NCBI GenBank assembly: GCA_964350645.1
Contig: CAYGJY010000001.1
Span: 142,316-206,315 of the forward strand
DNA from: an uncultured Candidatus Saccharibacteria bacterium
GTDB lineage: Bacteria > Patescibacteriota > Minisyncoccia > Phycocordibacterales > UBA918
DNA length: 64,000 bases
Direction of reading: 5' to 3'
Each line of letters starts with the position of its first letter. The first letter of the stretch is position 1. Positions 48,343 to 58,422 of the stretch are shown one piece after another. The translations under genes and the position numbers were made by a program. The notes under the pieces were generated by a model. That model did no database searches. It was not told the origin of the DNA and saw nothing but the letters and a program-made list of their open reading frames with translations.

Positions 48343-48801
48343 ATGGAGAGAACAGTTCCTTTTTTAAATGGTTGTATTTCGTTTGTGGCATTCGTGACTG
48401 CGGCTACATTAGTGCTGTACATGCTGGTGGTGATTGTGACTGGAACCTTCGACGTCGCGAGCACGATTTATCAGACTATCTTACTTGATTCAACCGAACG
48501 TCAAAAAGTTTTTAATGTGTTGAATGCAGAATTTTTGCATAACGTCGCCGTATTATTGATTCTCATGAAGGCTTACCGTGTCTTGGTTGAGTACATGCGT
48601 TTCCATCATATTGATATCAAGTTTATGGTAGAGATCGCGATTATCGCTTCAGTGCTTGAGCTGTTATTCAATTTTGCTTCATATAGTATTGAAATGCGGT
48701 ATATCCTCCTTGGTTTAGCGGTAGCATTCCTTGGCATGTATGTGTTTGGCTACAAGCAGATCAAGCAAGCGAGCAAAGACGCTCAAAAGGAGCTCAGATA
48801 G
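48343..48801 (+). CDS. PsiE-like small membrane protein
   Basis: Four TM helices are predicted. The segment LILMKAYRVLVEYMRFHHIDIKFMVEIAIIASV resembles the PsiE family core. Confidence 0.3.
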   Translation: MERTVPFLNGCISFVAFVTAATLVLYMLVVIVTGTFDVASTIYQTILLDSTERQKVFNVLNAEFLHNVAVLLILMKAYRVLVEYMRFHHIDIKFMVEIAIIASVLELLFNFASYSIEMRYILLGLAVAFLGMYVFGYKQIKQASKDAQKELR

Positions 48802-48806
48802 ATTTA

Positions 48807-49763
48807 CTATTCATCATCTTCATCCTCAATTTCTACTTGGATGATCTCTTCGATAATATCTTCGAGACTAATCACGCCAACGACAATTTTATTGCGGTTC
48901 TCAACGACAGCAATGTGTCGTTTTTGCTTGAGCATTTTAGTGAGGACAACATCGAGAAATTCACTACGACGCACCCGCATAAAGTTTTTTTCCAAGGCAT
49001 CTTCAGTAGCGTGGATGGATATCCCGTCATCTTCAGTTAGTAAGTCTTTGGCGTATAGAATACCAACGATATTTTCTCGTTTACCGCTATAGACTGGATA
49101 GCGTGAAAAGCCTTCATCGGTGACCGTTTCATAAAATGTGTCAGTCAGCCGCTGACCAGCTTCAAACATAACTACTTCTTCAAGTGGTGTCATTACTTCT
49201 GAAACGCGTAAGTGTGAAAACTGAAGAGCGCCGTGAACAATACGTTCCTCGTCTTCATCGATCGGGCTATGTTCTGAGTCTTCATGCTCACTAATGATCT
49301 GCATGATTTCACTTTTTGAATACACTGTTGGGAGCTCTTCACCGAGGGCACGGTCAAGTGCGTATGAAATAGGCCAGGTTATAGGGTAGAGTACCCAGAT
49401 AAGTAGGCGCACAAAGGGTGCGGTTTTGGAGCCAAAGTACAAAGCATGACGCGAAATCACTGCTTGGGGAATAATTTCACCGAATAAAAATATTGCCGCG
49501 GTCGCTATAATTCCCGCTACAATACCACTGGCGATTGAGCCAAGAAAAATTGAGAGGGCGGTGTTTACACCAACATTACCGAGTAGAAGCGTAGTTAATA
49601 AGAGGTTGCCTTTCTTTCGAATTGGAAAAATGCGCGCCGCTTGGCGGTCACCTGCGTCAGCTCGACGTTTGAGAGTTTGGGTATCAAGTGTGAGTAATCC
49701 CAAGGTGAGACCAGAAAATAGTGCTGAAAAACCAATTAATATAAATGAGATGAGGTACTCCAT
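48807..49763 (-). CDS. CNNM/CorC-family transporter (DUF21 membrane domain plus CBS pair)
   Basis: The DUF21 N-terminus FSALFSGLTLGLLTLD is present, with a CBS pair (VGILYAKDLL) and an acidic C-terminal tail. Confidence 0.7.
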   Translation of the reverse strand: MEYLISFILIGFSALFSGLTLGLLTLDTQTLKRRADAGDRQAARIFPIRKKGNLLLTTLLLGNVGVNTALSIFLGSIASGIVAGIIATAAIFLFGEIIPQAVISRHALYFGSKTAPFVRLLIWVLYPITWPISYALDRALGEELPTVYSKSEIMQIISEHEDSEHSPIDEDEERIVHGALQFSHLRVSEVMTPLEEVVMFEAGQRLTDTFYETVTDEGFSRYPVYSGKRENIVGILYAKDLLTEDDGISIHATEDALEKNFMRVRRSEFLDVVLTKMLKQKRHIAVVENRNKIVVGVISLEDIIEEIIQVEIEDEDDE

Positions 49764-49848
49764 GTTATAAGTTATTGACGTATGTGTTGACCATCAACAG
49801 TAGAATAAATAGCAAAATAGTAATAGCAATGGTTTTTAACATAGGTAC

Positions 49849-50406
49849 TTATGTGGTTGGAGTATCAAGTTCACTCAAAAATAGTATAAGGTTTTCTACG
49901 TGTTCATCTAGCGTCATGCCAAAATCTTCAGTGCCGTTTAGTATGTGTGAGCGATCAATGCCTGGCGCAAATCGTTCTTCCCTGAGACGTTTTTTGATTG
50001 ACTTTGCTTTCATTTCACCAAACGGAATAGGGTTTAGTTTTTGGTACGCGTAAAAAATACCACAGATTTCGTCGCAGGCAATCAGGGCCTTGGCTAGGGG
50101 TGTTTCAGGTTTAGTATCAAAACCGTTAAAACCATTAGCATGCGCTTCGACAGCGTGAATGAGGGTGTCAGGATAACCCCACTCTTTGAACCACACCAGA
50201 GATGGACCGGGATGCTGGGTTGGGTGCTGGTCATAGTCGACGTCATGTACATAGCCAGTTAACCACCAGAGCTGCTCATTTTCGCCTAATTTTTTTGCGT
50301 AACCAGCCATAGCCGCACCCACCATAAGGGCATGGAATCGCTGGTATTCGTCATTGACGTGCTTGAAAAGGAGTGTGGTGGCTTCGGCTTTGGTCGGCAG
50401 ATCCAT
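49849..50406 (-). CDS. HD-domain phosphohydrolase
   Basis: H...HD metal-binding residues are present (HALMVGAAMAGYA ... YVHDVDYDQH). Confidence 0.5.
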   Translation of the reverse strand: MDLPTKAEATTLLFKHVNDEYQRFHALMVGAAMAGYAKKLGENEQLWWLTGYVHDVDYDQHPTQHPGPSLVWFKEWGYPDTLIHAVEAHANGFNGFDTKPETPLAKALIACDEICGIFYAYQKLNPIPFGEMKAKSIKKRLREERFAPGIDRSHILNGTEDFGMTLDEHVENLILFLSELDTPTT

Positions 50407-50456
50407 ATAGCCAGTATTTTAGCACGATGTCACGAATGTGATACATTGAAAAGGTT

Positions 50457-51599
50457 ATGGTACGCAATACTAATGGCTCTGGATTTAGTTTGAAAGATGA
50501 GCTCTTTAATGCCAAAAAAGTTGCCTATTTGAGTACGCTTCTCAGTGCTGCTGATGAGCAGTTTGATACAGTTGGCTTTGAGAAAGCAGTTAACAAAGAA
50601 TTATCACAGCTAGAGTTAAAAGCTCGCATCATGCATATTGCGACTTGTTTGGAAAAATTTTTACCAGTAAATTACGAACAAGCGATCAAGGTGATTTTAA
50701 GAGCTCTACCACCACCACTTGATCCTCATAAAACTGATAATGATTTCGGCAGTTTTATATTTGCTCCATTTGGTGAATATGTAGTTCGTAATGGTCTGTC
50801 AGACAAGTATCTGAACCTTTCTTTGGTAGCACTGCGTGAACTCACAAAGCGATTTTCAATGGAGTTTTACATCCGACCATTTATTGATGCGTATCAAGTT
50901 GAAACATTGAAAGAGTTGCGCCTCTGGATGACCGATGAGCATTATCACGTACGAAGGTTAGTGAGTGAAGGAACGCGGGCTCGGCTACCGTGGGCAGGGC
51001 GGATATCGATTGATCCATTAGCACCACTAGAGTTTTTAGAAGTGCTCCATACTGATGCTGCGCGCTATGTCACACGTTCAGTAGCTAACCATTTAAACGA
51101 TATTACAAAAATTGATCCAGATATAGTAGTTACAACATTGAAACGCTGGCAGCATGACAAGAAACAAGGTGAAAAAGAACTGGCATGGATTACTCGTCAT
51201 GCTCTGCGAACGTCAGTGAAAGCTGGTCACCAAGCGTCTTTAAAACTGTTAGGGTATCAACCTAATCCCCGCATTAGTGTGTCGCAGATTGAACTCAAGC
51301 AGTCGGTTGTGCAGGTGGGAGAGGCTGTTGTGTTTTCGTTTTTAATTACCGCTGACTGTCCAGAGAATTTGTTAATTGACTACGTGGTTGATTTTGTAAA
51401 AGCCAATGGTACCACGCAGCCAAAGGTGCATAAAATTACAACTGTGCACGTGCTGGCAGGTGAAACTCTAAAATATACTAAGCGACATCACTTTCGCGCT
51501 GGAGCAACAACGTTGTCGTTTTATCCGGGTAGGCATACGGTCACTTTGCAGATTAATGGACGACGCTATACTAGTGCTGATTTTGAACTACAGGTTTAG
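50457..51599 (+). CDS. AlkC/AlkD-family HEAT-like repeat DNA glycosylase (DNA alkylation repair) with a C-terminal extension
   Basis: TDEHYHVRRLVSEGTRARLPW and RYVTRSVANHLNDITKIDPDIV resemble the AlkD segments (...ENEWVRRSSIV..., ...YVQKGVGWALRE...). Confidence 0.45.
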   Translation: MVRNTNGSGFSLKDELFNAKKVAYLSTLLSAADEQFDTVGFEKAVNKELSQLELKARIMHIATCLEKFLPVNYEQAIKVILRALPPPLDPHKTDNDFGSFIFAPFGEYVVRNGLSDKYLNLSLVALRELTKRFSMEFYIRPFIDAYQVETLKELRLWMTDEHYHVRRLVSEGTRARLPWAGRISIDPLAPLEFLEVLHTDAARYVTRSVANHLNDITKIDPDIVVTTLKRWQHDKKQGEKELAWITRHALRTSVKAGHQASLKLLGYQPNPRISVSQIELKQSVVQVGEAVVFSFLITADCPENLLIDYVVDFVKANGTTQPKVHKITTVHVLAGETLKYTKRHHFRAGATTLSFYPGRHTVTLQINGRRYTSADFELQV

Positions 51600-51967
51600 A
51601 GTTCAGTAAAATCAAATAGCACTTCTTCAAAGTCGATAATACGGTTTTTGTCAGTCAGACGAATACCTTCGCGCTTGTAGAGTTTGCGACGTTTCTGCTC
51701 GAATGCTTTAGTAAACCACACCTTACCGTCACTGTAGACAATGCGATGATAGGGGATAGCCCCCTGATTAGGAGCTTTGCTTAAGACATGGGAGATACTT
51801 CGGGCAGATTGAGCGCCGCCTCCGGCGGCGCGCGCCAAGGCCCCGTAGGTCGTTACCCGACCAACTGGAACGGCGATTGCTAATTCCCATACCCGCTGAC
51901 TGAAACTAGACATCGCTGTAGTATAAAAGATTAGCTGCGAAAGCGAAATTTCTTGGCGCACTCCCAA
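51596..51967 (-). CDS. Alkyltransferase-like protein (MGMT/Ogt C-terminal DNA-binding domain with the active-site Cys replaced by Tyr)
   Basis: QRVWELAIAVPVGRVTTYGALA...NQGAIPYHRIV aligns to the Ogt helix-turn-helix and PCHRV box, with Tyr in the Cys position. Its stop overlaps the AlkD-like gene stop by 4 nt (convergent). Confidence 0.6.
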   Translation of the reverse strand: MGVRQEISLSQLIFYTTAMSSFSQRVWELAIAVPVGRVTTYGALARAAGGGAQSARSISHVLSKAPNQGAIPYHRIVYSDGKVWFTKAFEQKRRKLYKREGIRLTDKNRIIDFEEVLFDFTEL

Positions 51968-52449
51968 TCGCGTGTGCCGTTGATGCGGTAGAGCATGAGG
52001 GCGTAACCGAGATTACCCTCGACTGTCGTTATATCAAGATCTGCTACAGTGAGATCAGTTTGTGTACGGGTATTATAACGGTACACAATTTTTGGGTCTG
52101 GGTGTTTAGAGGCAATAATTTGAGCTATGCCAGTAGCACTCGAACCAGCTTTGTTGGTGAGAACAGTGCCATCAGGATTAAAGTGTCTAAAGTGTGATTC
52201 ACATTTTATGATAGGAATCATTTCAGGGGCATCATTGTCAGTAAAAAACTCAATGACACGTTGCTCGAGACCGATGTTTGGATCGATTGTGACTGCAATC
52301 GGTGCAGGTTGGGGGGCAGCTTGAACAAAGTGATAGACACTCAGGCCTGCGGTCGACAATAAAAATGCTGCTCCAAAGATAAGTTTGGTGTGCAGATGTA
52401 TAAGCGTAGCTTTTTTAGGAGTATGCGTGCGACGGTTTTTACGCGCCAT
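51931..52449 (-). CDS. Secreted lytic-transglycosylase-like protein
   Basis: An N-terminal signal anchor is followed by an SLT-like ES...GIAQI core (CESHFRHF...SSATGIAQII). Confidence 0.35.
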   Translation of the reverse strand: MARKNRRTHTPKKATLIHLHTKLIFGAAFLLSTAGLSVYHFVQAAPQPAPIAVTIDPNIGLEQRVIEFFTDNDAPEMIPIIKCESHFRHFNPDGTVLTNKAGSSATGIAQIIASKHPDPKIVYRYNTRTQTDLTVADLDITTVEGNLGYALMLYRINGTRDWECAKKFRFRS

Positions 52450-52554
52450 AAATTGTAGGAACTTATCTACGTGTGGTGGGAGATACGTTACCTGTCTTGT
52501 ATCTGTAATCGTAGCATGTTGAATACTGAAGGGATGTTGTTATCCACTTAGGGT

Positions 52555-53301
52555 ATGATTGAACTAATGTACATCTGGCTGACAGGAATCATTATTTTTT
52601 TGCTTGGAGCGGTTGCTTTGCTGGTGTTCACTGATGTGCTCCGCCTACTGAAGGTTGGGTACCTTGTACTGGTGGCAACGCCGTACCAGCAATCGGTGAC
52701 TGAAGCTGAAGGAAATATTTTGGTAGTCGGAGACAGTACTGCCTACGGTACTGGAGCAAAAGATACTACTAAGACAATTGCTGGTCGTATCGGAGCAGAT
52801 TTCCCAGAGTATTCACTTGAAAACCGAGGAGTGAATGGCTGGACGACTGGTGATCTAGCACTTGCTCTAGAATCTGGTGATCAGACTGAACGATTTTCCT
52901 TAATTGTGATCCAAATTGGAGGGAATGATACACTCCAAAAACGTTCTGCTGCAGATGTTGAGCGTGATATTAGAAGGGTATATGAAGCTACAACAAAGCG
53001 AAGTGACCGAGTAGTGATGATTTCTTCTGGTAATGTCGGCGCAGCGTCTGCCTTTGTCGTTGCTGGTCAAGCAGACAAAAGCTTTGAAAACCAAACGCGT
53101 GTGGTCAGAGAGATATTTACTAGAGTTGCTCCCGAATATGGTGTTACGTTTGTCGATTTGTTTGTTGAGCCTTCGGACGATGTCTACTTGCAGGATCCAA
53201 AAAAATACTTGGCCTTTGATGGACTCCATCCAAATGAGACTGGCTATGGGTACTGGTATGAGTCACTTGGCCCAGTCGTGCGAACACTGTTGGCTAAGTA
53301 G
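52555..53301 (+). CDS. SGNH/GDSL-family hydrolase with an N-terminal membrane anchor
   Basis: Block I ILVVGDSTAYG is present, plus the GxND block (IQIGGNDT) and a DGLHP block. Confidence 0.6.
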   Translation: MIELMYIWLTGIIIFLLGAVALLVFTDVLRLLKVGYLVLVATPYQQSVTEAEGNILVVGDSTAYGTGAKDTTKTIAGRIGADFPEYSLENRGVNGWTTGDLALALESGDQTERFSLIVIQIGGNDTLQKRSAADVERDIRRVYEATTKRSDRVVMISSGNVGAASAFVVAGQADKSFENQTRVVREIFTRVAPEYGVTFVDLFVEPSDDVYLQDPKKYLAFDGLHPNETGYGYWYESLGPVVRTLLAK

Positions 53302-54670
53302 TTCGTTGTTGTTCGAGATCTCGAGCAAGTGACAACAAAATCTCAGCGTAGGTTGGGTGGTACCAGGTCATATCTATAATGTCAGCAGCAGTATTTCGGT
53401 TATAAACGATCGGTACGAGGAGCTGGATTAGTTCACCAGCGCTGTCAGGACCGAGAATTTGTGAACCAATAATCTTCCCAGTAGTCTTTTCGGCCACCAC
53501 TTTCCATAAGCCATATTCTTGTCGCTTGAGGATGCCGAGACCAATGCTATTGAAATGTCTGGTGGCTGTGATTACTTCAACCCCACGAGACTCTGCCTCT
53601 TTTTGAGTCACGCCAATAAGAGCTGATGGAAATTGGTCAAAAGAAACAGCTAACATGTGACGGTCATAGTCCATGACTTTTTCAGGAGTATTCACTGCTG
53701 CGTTATATCCGGCTACTTTACCCATTTCGGCAGCAAAGTGTAGAATCTGGTGATGACCGGTCACGTCACCGGCTAGATATATATGGGGGACTGAAGTCTG
53801 TAGCGATGGAGTATGAGAGATAGTGCCGCGTTCATCGATTTCAATATCAGTCTGGTCAAGTCCAATATCAGCAATATTTGGTCGCCGGCCAGTGGCAATA
53901 AGAAGTAAATCGTAGCGTTTTTCAATAGTCGTATTGCTGTGCACAATAGTGGCAATTATTTCATCGCCGTCGAGTCGAACTGAGGTAAGTTTAGCATTAA
54001 GGTGAATAGGAAAGCTGTTGGGATCTTTTGAGGCACGCACACGTTCTTCTCCAAATTCAGGGTCATAAGGACCGAGTGCAGCGCCTCGCTGCAGGACATC
54101 TACCTCGGTGCCTAGGTCATGGAAAAAAGTGGACAACTCAAGACCAATTGGACCGCCACCAATGGTCAGGAGCCGTTTGGGAACTGTGGCAAACTGAGCC
54201 TCTTTTGAAACTAAATCATGACTTAAGATTACTTTATCGCCGAGTGTATCAAGTCCTGGGATAGGAACAGTAAATGAATGTGAACCCGTCGCGATTACAA
54301 TACTCGCAGCCCAGTATACTGTTGTGCTGCCATCAGTATGTGTGATGGTGACAGTATGGTTATCGACAAACGTAGCGTGCCCGATGTCGATATGGAGTTG
54401 GTCGGCCGCGAAGCTGTCGGTTAAGGCTTTAAGGAGGCGGTCAATGTGCGCGTTTCGTTCTTGTATTACCGTTTCGAGGCTGCGACCTTGATGTGCTCCC
54501 GCTAGAATACTTTTACTTGGCATGCAGCCTTCTTCAACGCAGGTATTAATAATCTTTGGGGTATGCACCATCACTACTTTTTTTGCACCGGCACGCAGTG
54601 CGGCGCGAGTACTATTACTGCCAGCGGTGCCGCTACCAATAACGAGAACATCAATTTCTTTACTAGACAT
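53294..54670 (-). CDS. FAD-dependent pyridine nucleotide-disulfide oxidoreductase (dihydrolipoamide dehydrogenase-like)
   Basis: The FAD-binding motif VLVIGSGTAGS is present, with the redox-active disulfide CVEEGCMPSK, the NAD-binding motif LTIGGGPIGLE and a C-terminal dimerisation domain (HPTYAEIL). Confidence 0.7.
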   Translation of the reverse strand: MSSKEIDVLVIGSGTAGSNSTRAALRAGAKKVVMVHTPKIINTCVEEGCMPSKSILAGAHQGRSLETVIQERNAHIDRLLKALTDSFAADQLHIDIGHATFVDNHTVTITHTDGSTTVYWAASIVIATGSHSFTVPIPGLDTLGDKVILSHDLVSKEAQFATVPKRLLTIGGGPIGLELSTFFHDLGTEVDVLQRGAALGPYDPEFGEERVRASKDPNSFPIHLNAKLTSVRLDGDEIIATIVHSNTTIEKRYDLLLIATGRRPNIADIGLDQTDIEIDERGTISHTPSLQTSVPHIYLAGDVTGHHQILHFAAEMGKVAGYNAAVNTPEKVMDYDRHMLAVSFDQFPSALIGVTQKEAESRGVEVITATRHFNSIGLGILKRQEYGLWKVVAEKTTGKIIGSQILGPDSAGELIQLLVPIVYNRNTAADIIDMTWYHPTYAEILLSLARDLEQQRTT

Positions 54671-54743
54671 ATGTGGGTACTATACCAGATACTACGATAG
54701 TTGAGACTTTTTCCTGCAGCGGCAAACATCGTATACTTACTAT

Positions 54744-55847
54744 ATGACTACCTTGCACATTGCTTCGACCAGAGATCCATATATGCTCTATCGGTTACAG
54801 TATCTGATCGCTGATCCTTTTTATCTACTTGAGGTGGCCGGGAAGAAATATGTGTTTTTGTCAATGTTGGATATTGATGCCTTTCGAGCCGCGCATGAGG
54901 GCGATGTGGAAGCTGTTGACGTCGGGCCGCTTAGACGCGAAGCGTCTAAGCGGCCGGGTAACTCAATCGTTAATCTCGGCATATTGATCATTGAAACCTA
55001 TGCACCAGGTGAAGTGCTGATTATTCCAGACAATTTTCCAGTTATCGTGGCTGATGGCTTGCGAGCTGCAGGTATGTCACTGAAGGTTAATGATAATTTT
55101 TGTCCTGAGCGTCAGGTGAAGTCTTTGCTTGAAATCGAGAATATTCGAGAAAACTTTAAACATACAACCAAAGCGTATACATTGATTGAAGCGGTCTTAA
55201 AAGAAGCAGTGATTGATAACAATACGTTACTCTATAATGGTGAACTCCTCACCAGTGAATGGCTGAAGCGCGAGGTAGCAAAGCTGTTCTTGGAAGCTGA
55301 CCTCGTGAACACTGAAGGTATCATTATTGCTGGCGGCAGACAGGCGGCTGAACCGCATAATCTTGGCAGTGGACCATTACGCCCACATGAAACAATTGTA
55401 GTTGATATTTTCCCGCAAAGTGCAAAGAATCATTATTTTGCTGACATGACCCGCACATACGTAAAAGGAGACGTTAGTGATGAGATAGCTGCACTGTATG
55501 CTGCTGTTGCCGAAGCTCAAGCGAGTGCCCTGGCAGTGCTACAGCCAGGTCTTTCATATCAAGAAGCGTACGAAGAATCAGCCGAAGTGATCAAAGAACA
55601 TGGTTTTGATGTTGGCGATATAGGCTATATTCACTCGCTGGGTCATGGCTTAGGGGTCGAGTTACATGAAGCTCCTACGCTTGGACCAAACAGCGAGGGT
55701 GTCTTGCAGATTGGAGAGGTGGTAACCATAGAACCAGGTTTGTATTATCCTGATCTAGGTGGTGTGCGCATAGAGGATACGGTGGTGATTACCGAAGACG
55801 GTTATGAAAACCTCACCAACCACCCGCAGCACTGGCACATTTCCTAA
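54744..55847 (+). CDS. M24-family Xaa-Pro aminopeptidase/dipeptidase
   Basis: Pita-bread-fold metal ligands are present (DIFPQ...DMTRT, HSLGHGLGVELHEAP, EPGLYY, VRIEDTV). Confidence 0.8.
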   Translation: MTTLHIASTRDPYMLYRLQYLIADPFYLLEVAGKKYVFLSMLDIDAFRAAHEGDVEAVDVGPLRREASKRPGNSIVNLGILIIETYAPGEVLIIPDNFPVIVADGLRAAGMSLKVNDNFCPERQVKSLLEIENIRENFKHTTKAYTLIEAVLKEAVIDNNTLLYNGELLTSEWLKREVAKLFLEADLVNTEGIIIAGGRQAAEPHNLGSGPLRPHETIVVDIFPQSAKNHYFADMTRTYVKGDVSDEIAALYAAVAEAQASALAVLQPGLSYQEAYEESAEVIKEHGFDVGDIGYIHSLGHGLGVELHEAPTLGPNSEGVLQIGEVVTIEPGLYYPDLGGVRIEDTVVITEDGYENLTNHPQHWHIS

Positions 55848-55870
55848 CCAGAAATGATGCGTTATAGTAT

Positions 55871-56707
55871 ATGATCATGAAGAGTCAATTTATCACTGCA
55901 TGGCACGAGGCCCGGAAAAATAAACAGAGCAACGTGATTGCTGGACTAGACCCCGCTCTTTTTGAGATTGGTCACGGTGAACGGGGTCTCCCTGAAGAAG
56001 CCGATCTGCTAGCGTGGTGTAGTGCTTATATTGATGCAGTTGAACCATATGTAGTTGGTATCAAAATAAATCAAGCGTATTTTCAGGGAGTTGGCTATCG
56101 AGGGATTCTTGAAGAGCTCATGCATAAAATAAGAAATTTCGGTCTGTTGGCTATTTCTGATAATAAACTAGCTGATATCGGTAATACAAATGAGGCTTGG
56201 ATTTATTTTAATAGTCTTTTGAAGTTTGATGCGCTCACGATCGCACCGTATGGCGGTAATATTGAAGAAGCGATTGCAATGACACACAAGGCCGGTATGG
56301 CAGCGATTACTCTTGGACTAATGTCAAACCCGGAATATCGCACTGAAATGATGTTTATTTCAAGTGAAACTAGTGAGCCACTGTGGCAGAGTAGGGTCAG
56401 GCGAGCTGTAGAAGCTCGGGTCGATGCGATCGTAGTTGGGGGTACCTATACAACTGCTGACCAGGCTTTTGTTGAGTTAGTTGCCACAACCAATGATACT
56501 GAGGTGTTGTATTTAGTGCCTGGTATTGGTGCTCAAGGCGGAAGTCTTGAAGCTTTCTTAGCTTCAGGCATTAATCCAGAGAAGTGTATGATTAACTCTG
56601 GACGCGCGGTGATGTTTCCGAATGGTTCGGGATCTACTCCAGCAGAACAAGCTGAGGCTGCCGAATCTTTACGAGATATGTTTACTACAATTGCGTATGC
56701 AGAATAA
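55871..56707 (+). CDS. pyrF: Orotidine-5'-phosphate decarboxylase (type 2)
   Basis: AGLDP, the catalytic box KINQAYF...ISDNKLADIGNT and a C-terminal PGIGAQGG are present. Confidence 0.75.
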   Translation: MIMKSQFITAWHEARKNKQSNVIAGLDPALFEIGHGERGLPEEADLLAWCSAYIDAVEPYVVGIKINQAYFQGVGYRGILEELMHKIRNFGLLAISDNKLADIGNTNEAWIYFNSLLKFDALTIAPYGGNIEEAIAMTHKAGMAAITLGLMSNPEYRTEMMFISSETSEPLWQSRVRRAVEARVDAIVVGGTYTTADQAFVELVATTNDTEVLYLVPGIGAQGGSLEAFLASGINPEKCMINSGRAVMFPNGSGSTPAEQAEAAESLRDMFTTIAYAE

Positions 56708-56750
56708 TGATTGGGGAACACGTTTAGAAACTGAAGGAGTACTATGGCGG

Positions 56751-57326
56751 ATGAATCACGTTGCTACTGGAGCTCACGCTGAGCTCACCTCAGGTAAGCA
56801 TAGCGATGGGTATTGTAACTGCGCAAAAATTGCGGTTGATCCAGCGCTGACAACCGAAGTCGCGACAGCCATGATTGGAAAGTTGTTACCTGCTCTTGGT
56901 GATGAACGGCCTGATTTTGTCATTGGTCCGGCATATGGAGCGATTACCTTTGCGTATGAGATCGCTCGTCAATTGGGGGTGCAGTTTGGTTTTACCGAGA
57001 TTGAATATACTGAAGCGGGGAAGATGCAAGTCTTGAAGCGATTTGAGATTCCAGCTGGTGCTAAGGTACTCGTGGTTGAAGATATTAAATCAACTGGCGG
57101 CTCAGCCAATAAAACAATCGAAGCACTTGAGGCCGCCGGAATTTCGGTTTTGCCGGTGGTTGGCTTGATTGGTAATTGGAGTGGAGAAGCAACGGTTGGG
57201 AATAAACAAGCCATAGCTCTCTTTGAGGGAACAATGAATATATATGACCCTGAGTCATGTCCACTGTGTGCAGCTGGAGGAAAAGCAGTGCGCCCAAAGT
57301 CACATTGGGATGAGTTAGCTAGGTAA
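56751..57326 (+). CDS. pyrE: Orotate phosphoribosyltransferase
   Basis: The PRPP-binding motif VLVVEDIKSTGGS is present. The gene is adjacent to pyrF and the start is taken at MNHVATG after GGAG. Confidence 0.7.
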   Translation: MNHVATGAHAELTSGKHSDGYCNCAKIAVDPALTTEVATAMIGKLLPALGDERPDFVIGPAYGAITFAYEIARQLGVQFGFTEIEYTEAGKMQVLKRFEIPAGAKVLVVEDIKSTGGSANKTIEALEAAGISVLPVVGLIGNWSGEATVGNKQAIALFEGTMNIYDPESCPLCAAGGKAVRPKSHWDELAR

Positions 57327-57336
57327 GATGAGTACA

Positions 57337-57371
57337 TAAAACGCCGCCGGGACTATGTCCCGGCGGCGTTT
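57337..57371. terminator. Bidirectional rho-independent terminator between the convergent pyrE and prs genes
   Basis: aaaacgccgccgggac-tatg-tcccggcggcgtttt is a perfect 12-bp stem with an A-run and a U-run. Confidence 0.65.
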
Positions 57372-57381
57372 TATGTTGAGC

Positions 57382-58356
57382 CTAATCAAAGAGTACACTC
57401 ACAGAAGTTCCTTCGTGAACGTTTTTAATTGCATCAGCCAGAAGTGGCGCTAAGCTCACAACGGTAAAATTTTTTGATCCGGCTAACTCAGGATGAGGAA
57501 TTGAGTCGGTGACAATGAGGGTATCAATCGGTGATGTTGTTAAGCGTTCAATCGCATCTTTTGAAAGGACGGCATGTGAAGCACAGACCGAAATCGAGGC
57601 TGCTCCAGCAGTCTGCAGGGCTCTAGCGGCTGTGATCAGAGTGCCACCGGTGTCAATCATGTCTTCGGTTATTAGACAGTGTTTCCCGGCTACTTCACCA
57701 ATGATATGCATCGCTTCAGCTTCACCAGGGAGGCCACGACGTTTGTCGATAATCGCTAGTGGCGCATTAAGGAGTGATGCGAATACACGAGAGCGTTTTA
57801 CGCCGCCAGCGTCAGCGCTGACGACAGTGTAGTCTCGTTTTGATTCTGCAAGTGCTTCAAGGAGTACATTGGTAGTATAGAGATGATCGAGGGGAATATC
57901 GAAAAAACCTTGGATTTGGGCACTGTGTAAGTGCACAGTAATAACCCGGTCTACTCCAGCAGCTTCAATCATGTCAGCGACCAAGCGAGCGGTAATTGGT
58001 ACTCGGAGTTTATCTTTGCGATCTTGTCTAGCGTATGCATAGTACGGCATAACGACCGTCACCCTTCGAGCTGAAGCACGCTTCAGGGCGTCGGTGAGCA
58101 CTAAGAGTTCCATTAAGTTTTCGTGCACTGGCGGGTTAGAACCTTGGATAATGTAAACATCACAATCACGGACGTTGTCATGGACTTCACACCTAATCTC
58201 ACCATCGTTAAATCGCTCGAGGGTCAGTTCACTCAAAGGTACTTCCAGGGTACTGGCAATAGCGTCTGCAAGAGAGGTATTGGCATTGCCGGCAAAGAGT
58301 TTGAGTGAGCAATCAGTGTGATTCTGGTGGGCGTGTGGACTAGGTTGATGTTTCAT
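57382..58356 (-). CDS. prs: Ribose-phosphate pyrophosphokinase
   Basis: FAGNANTSLADAIA, DGEIRCEV and the PRPP-binding loop MIDTGGTLITAARAL are present. Confidence 0.9.
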   Translation of the reverse strand: MKHQPSPHAHQNHTDCSLKLFAGNANTSLADAIASTLEVPLSELTLERFNDGEIRCEVHDNVRDCDVYIIQGSNPPVHENLMELLVLTDALKRASARRVTVVMPYYAYARQDRKDKLRVPITARLVADMIEAAGVDRVITVHLHSAQIQGFFDIPLDHLYTTNVLLEALAESKRDYTVVSADAGGVKRSRVFASLLNAPLAIIDKRRGLPGEAEAMHIIGEVAGKHCLITEDMIDTGGTLITAARALQTAGAASISVCASHAVLSKDAIERLTTSPIDTLIVTDSIPHPELAGSKNFTVVSLAPLLADAIKNVHEGTSVSVLFD

Positions 58357-58422
58357 GGTCCTGAGTATAGCAAAGTCAGTTAAGGGCTGTATAGAGGCGA
58401 AAAATATCGTATACTAAAATCA

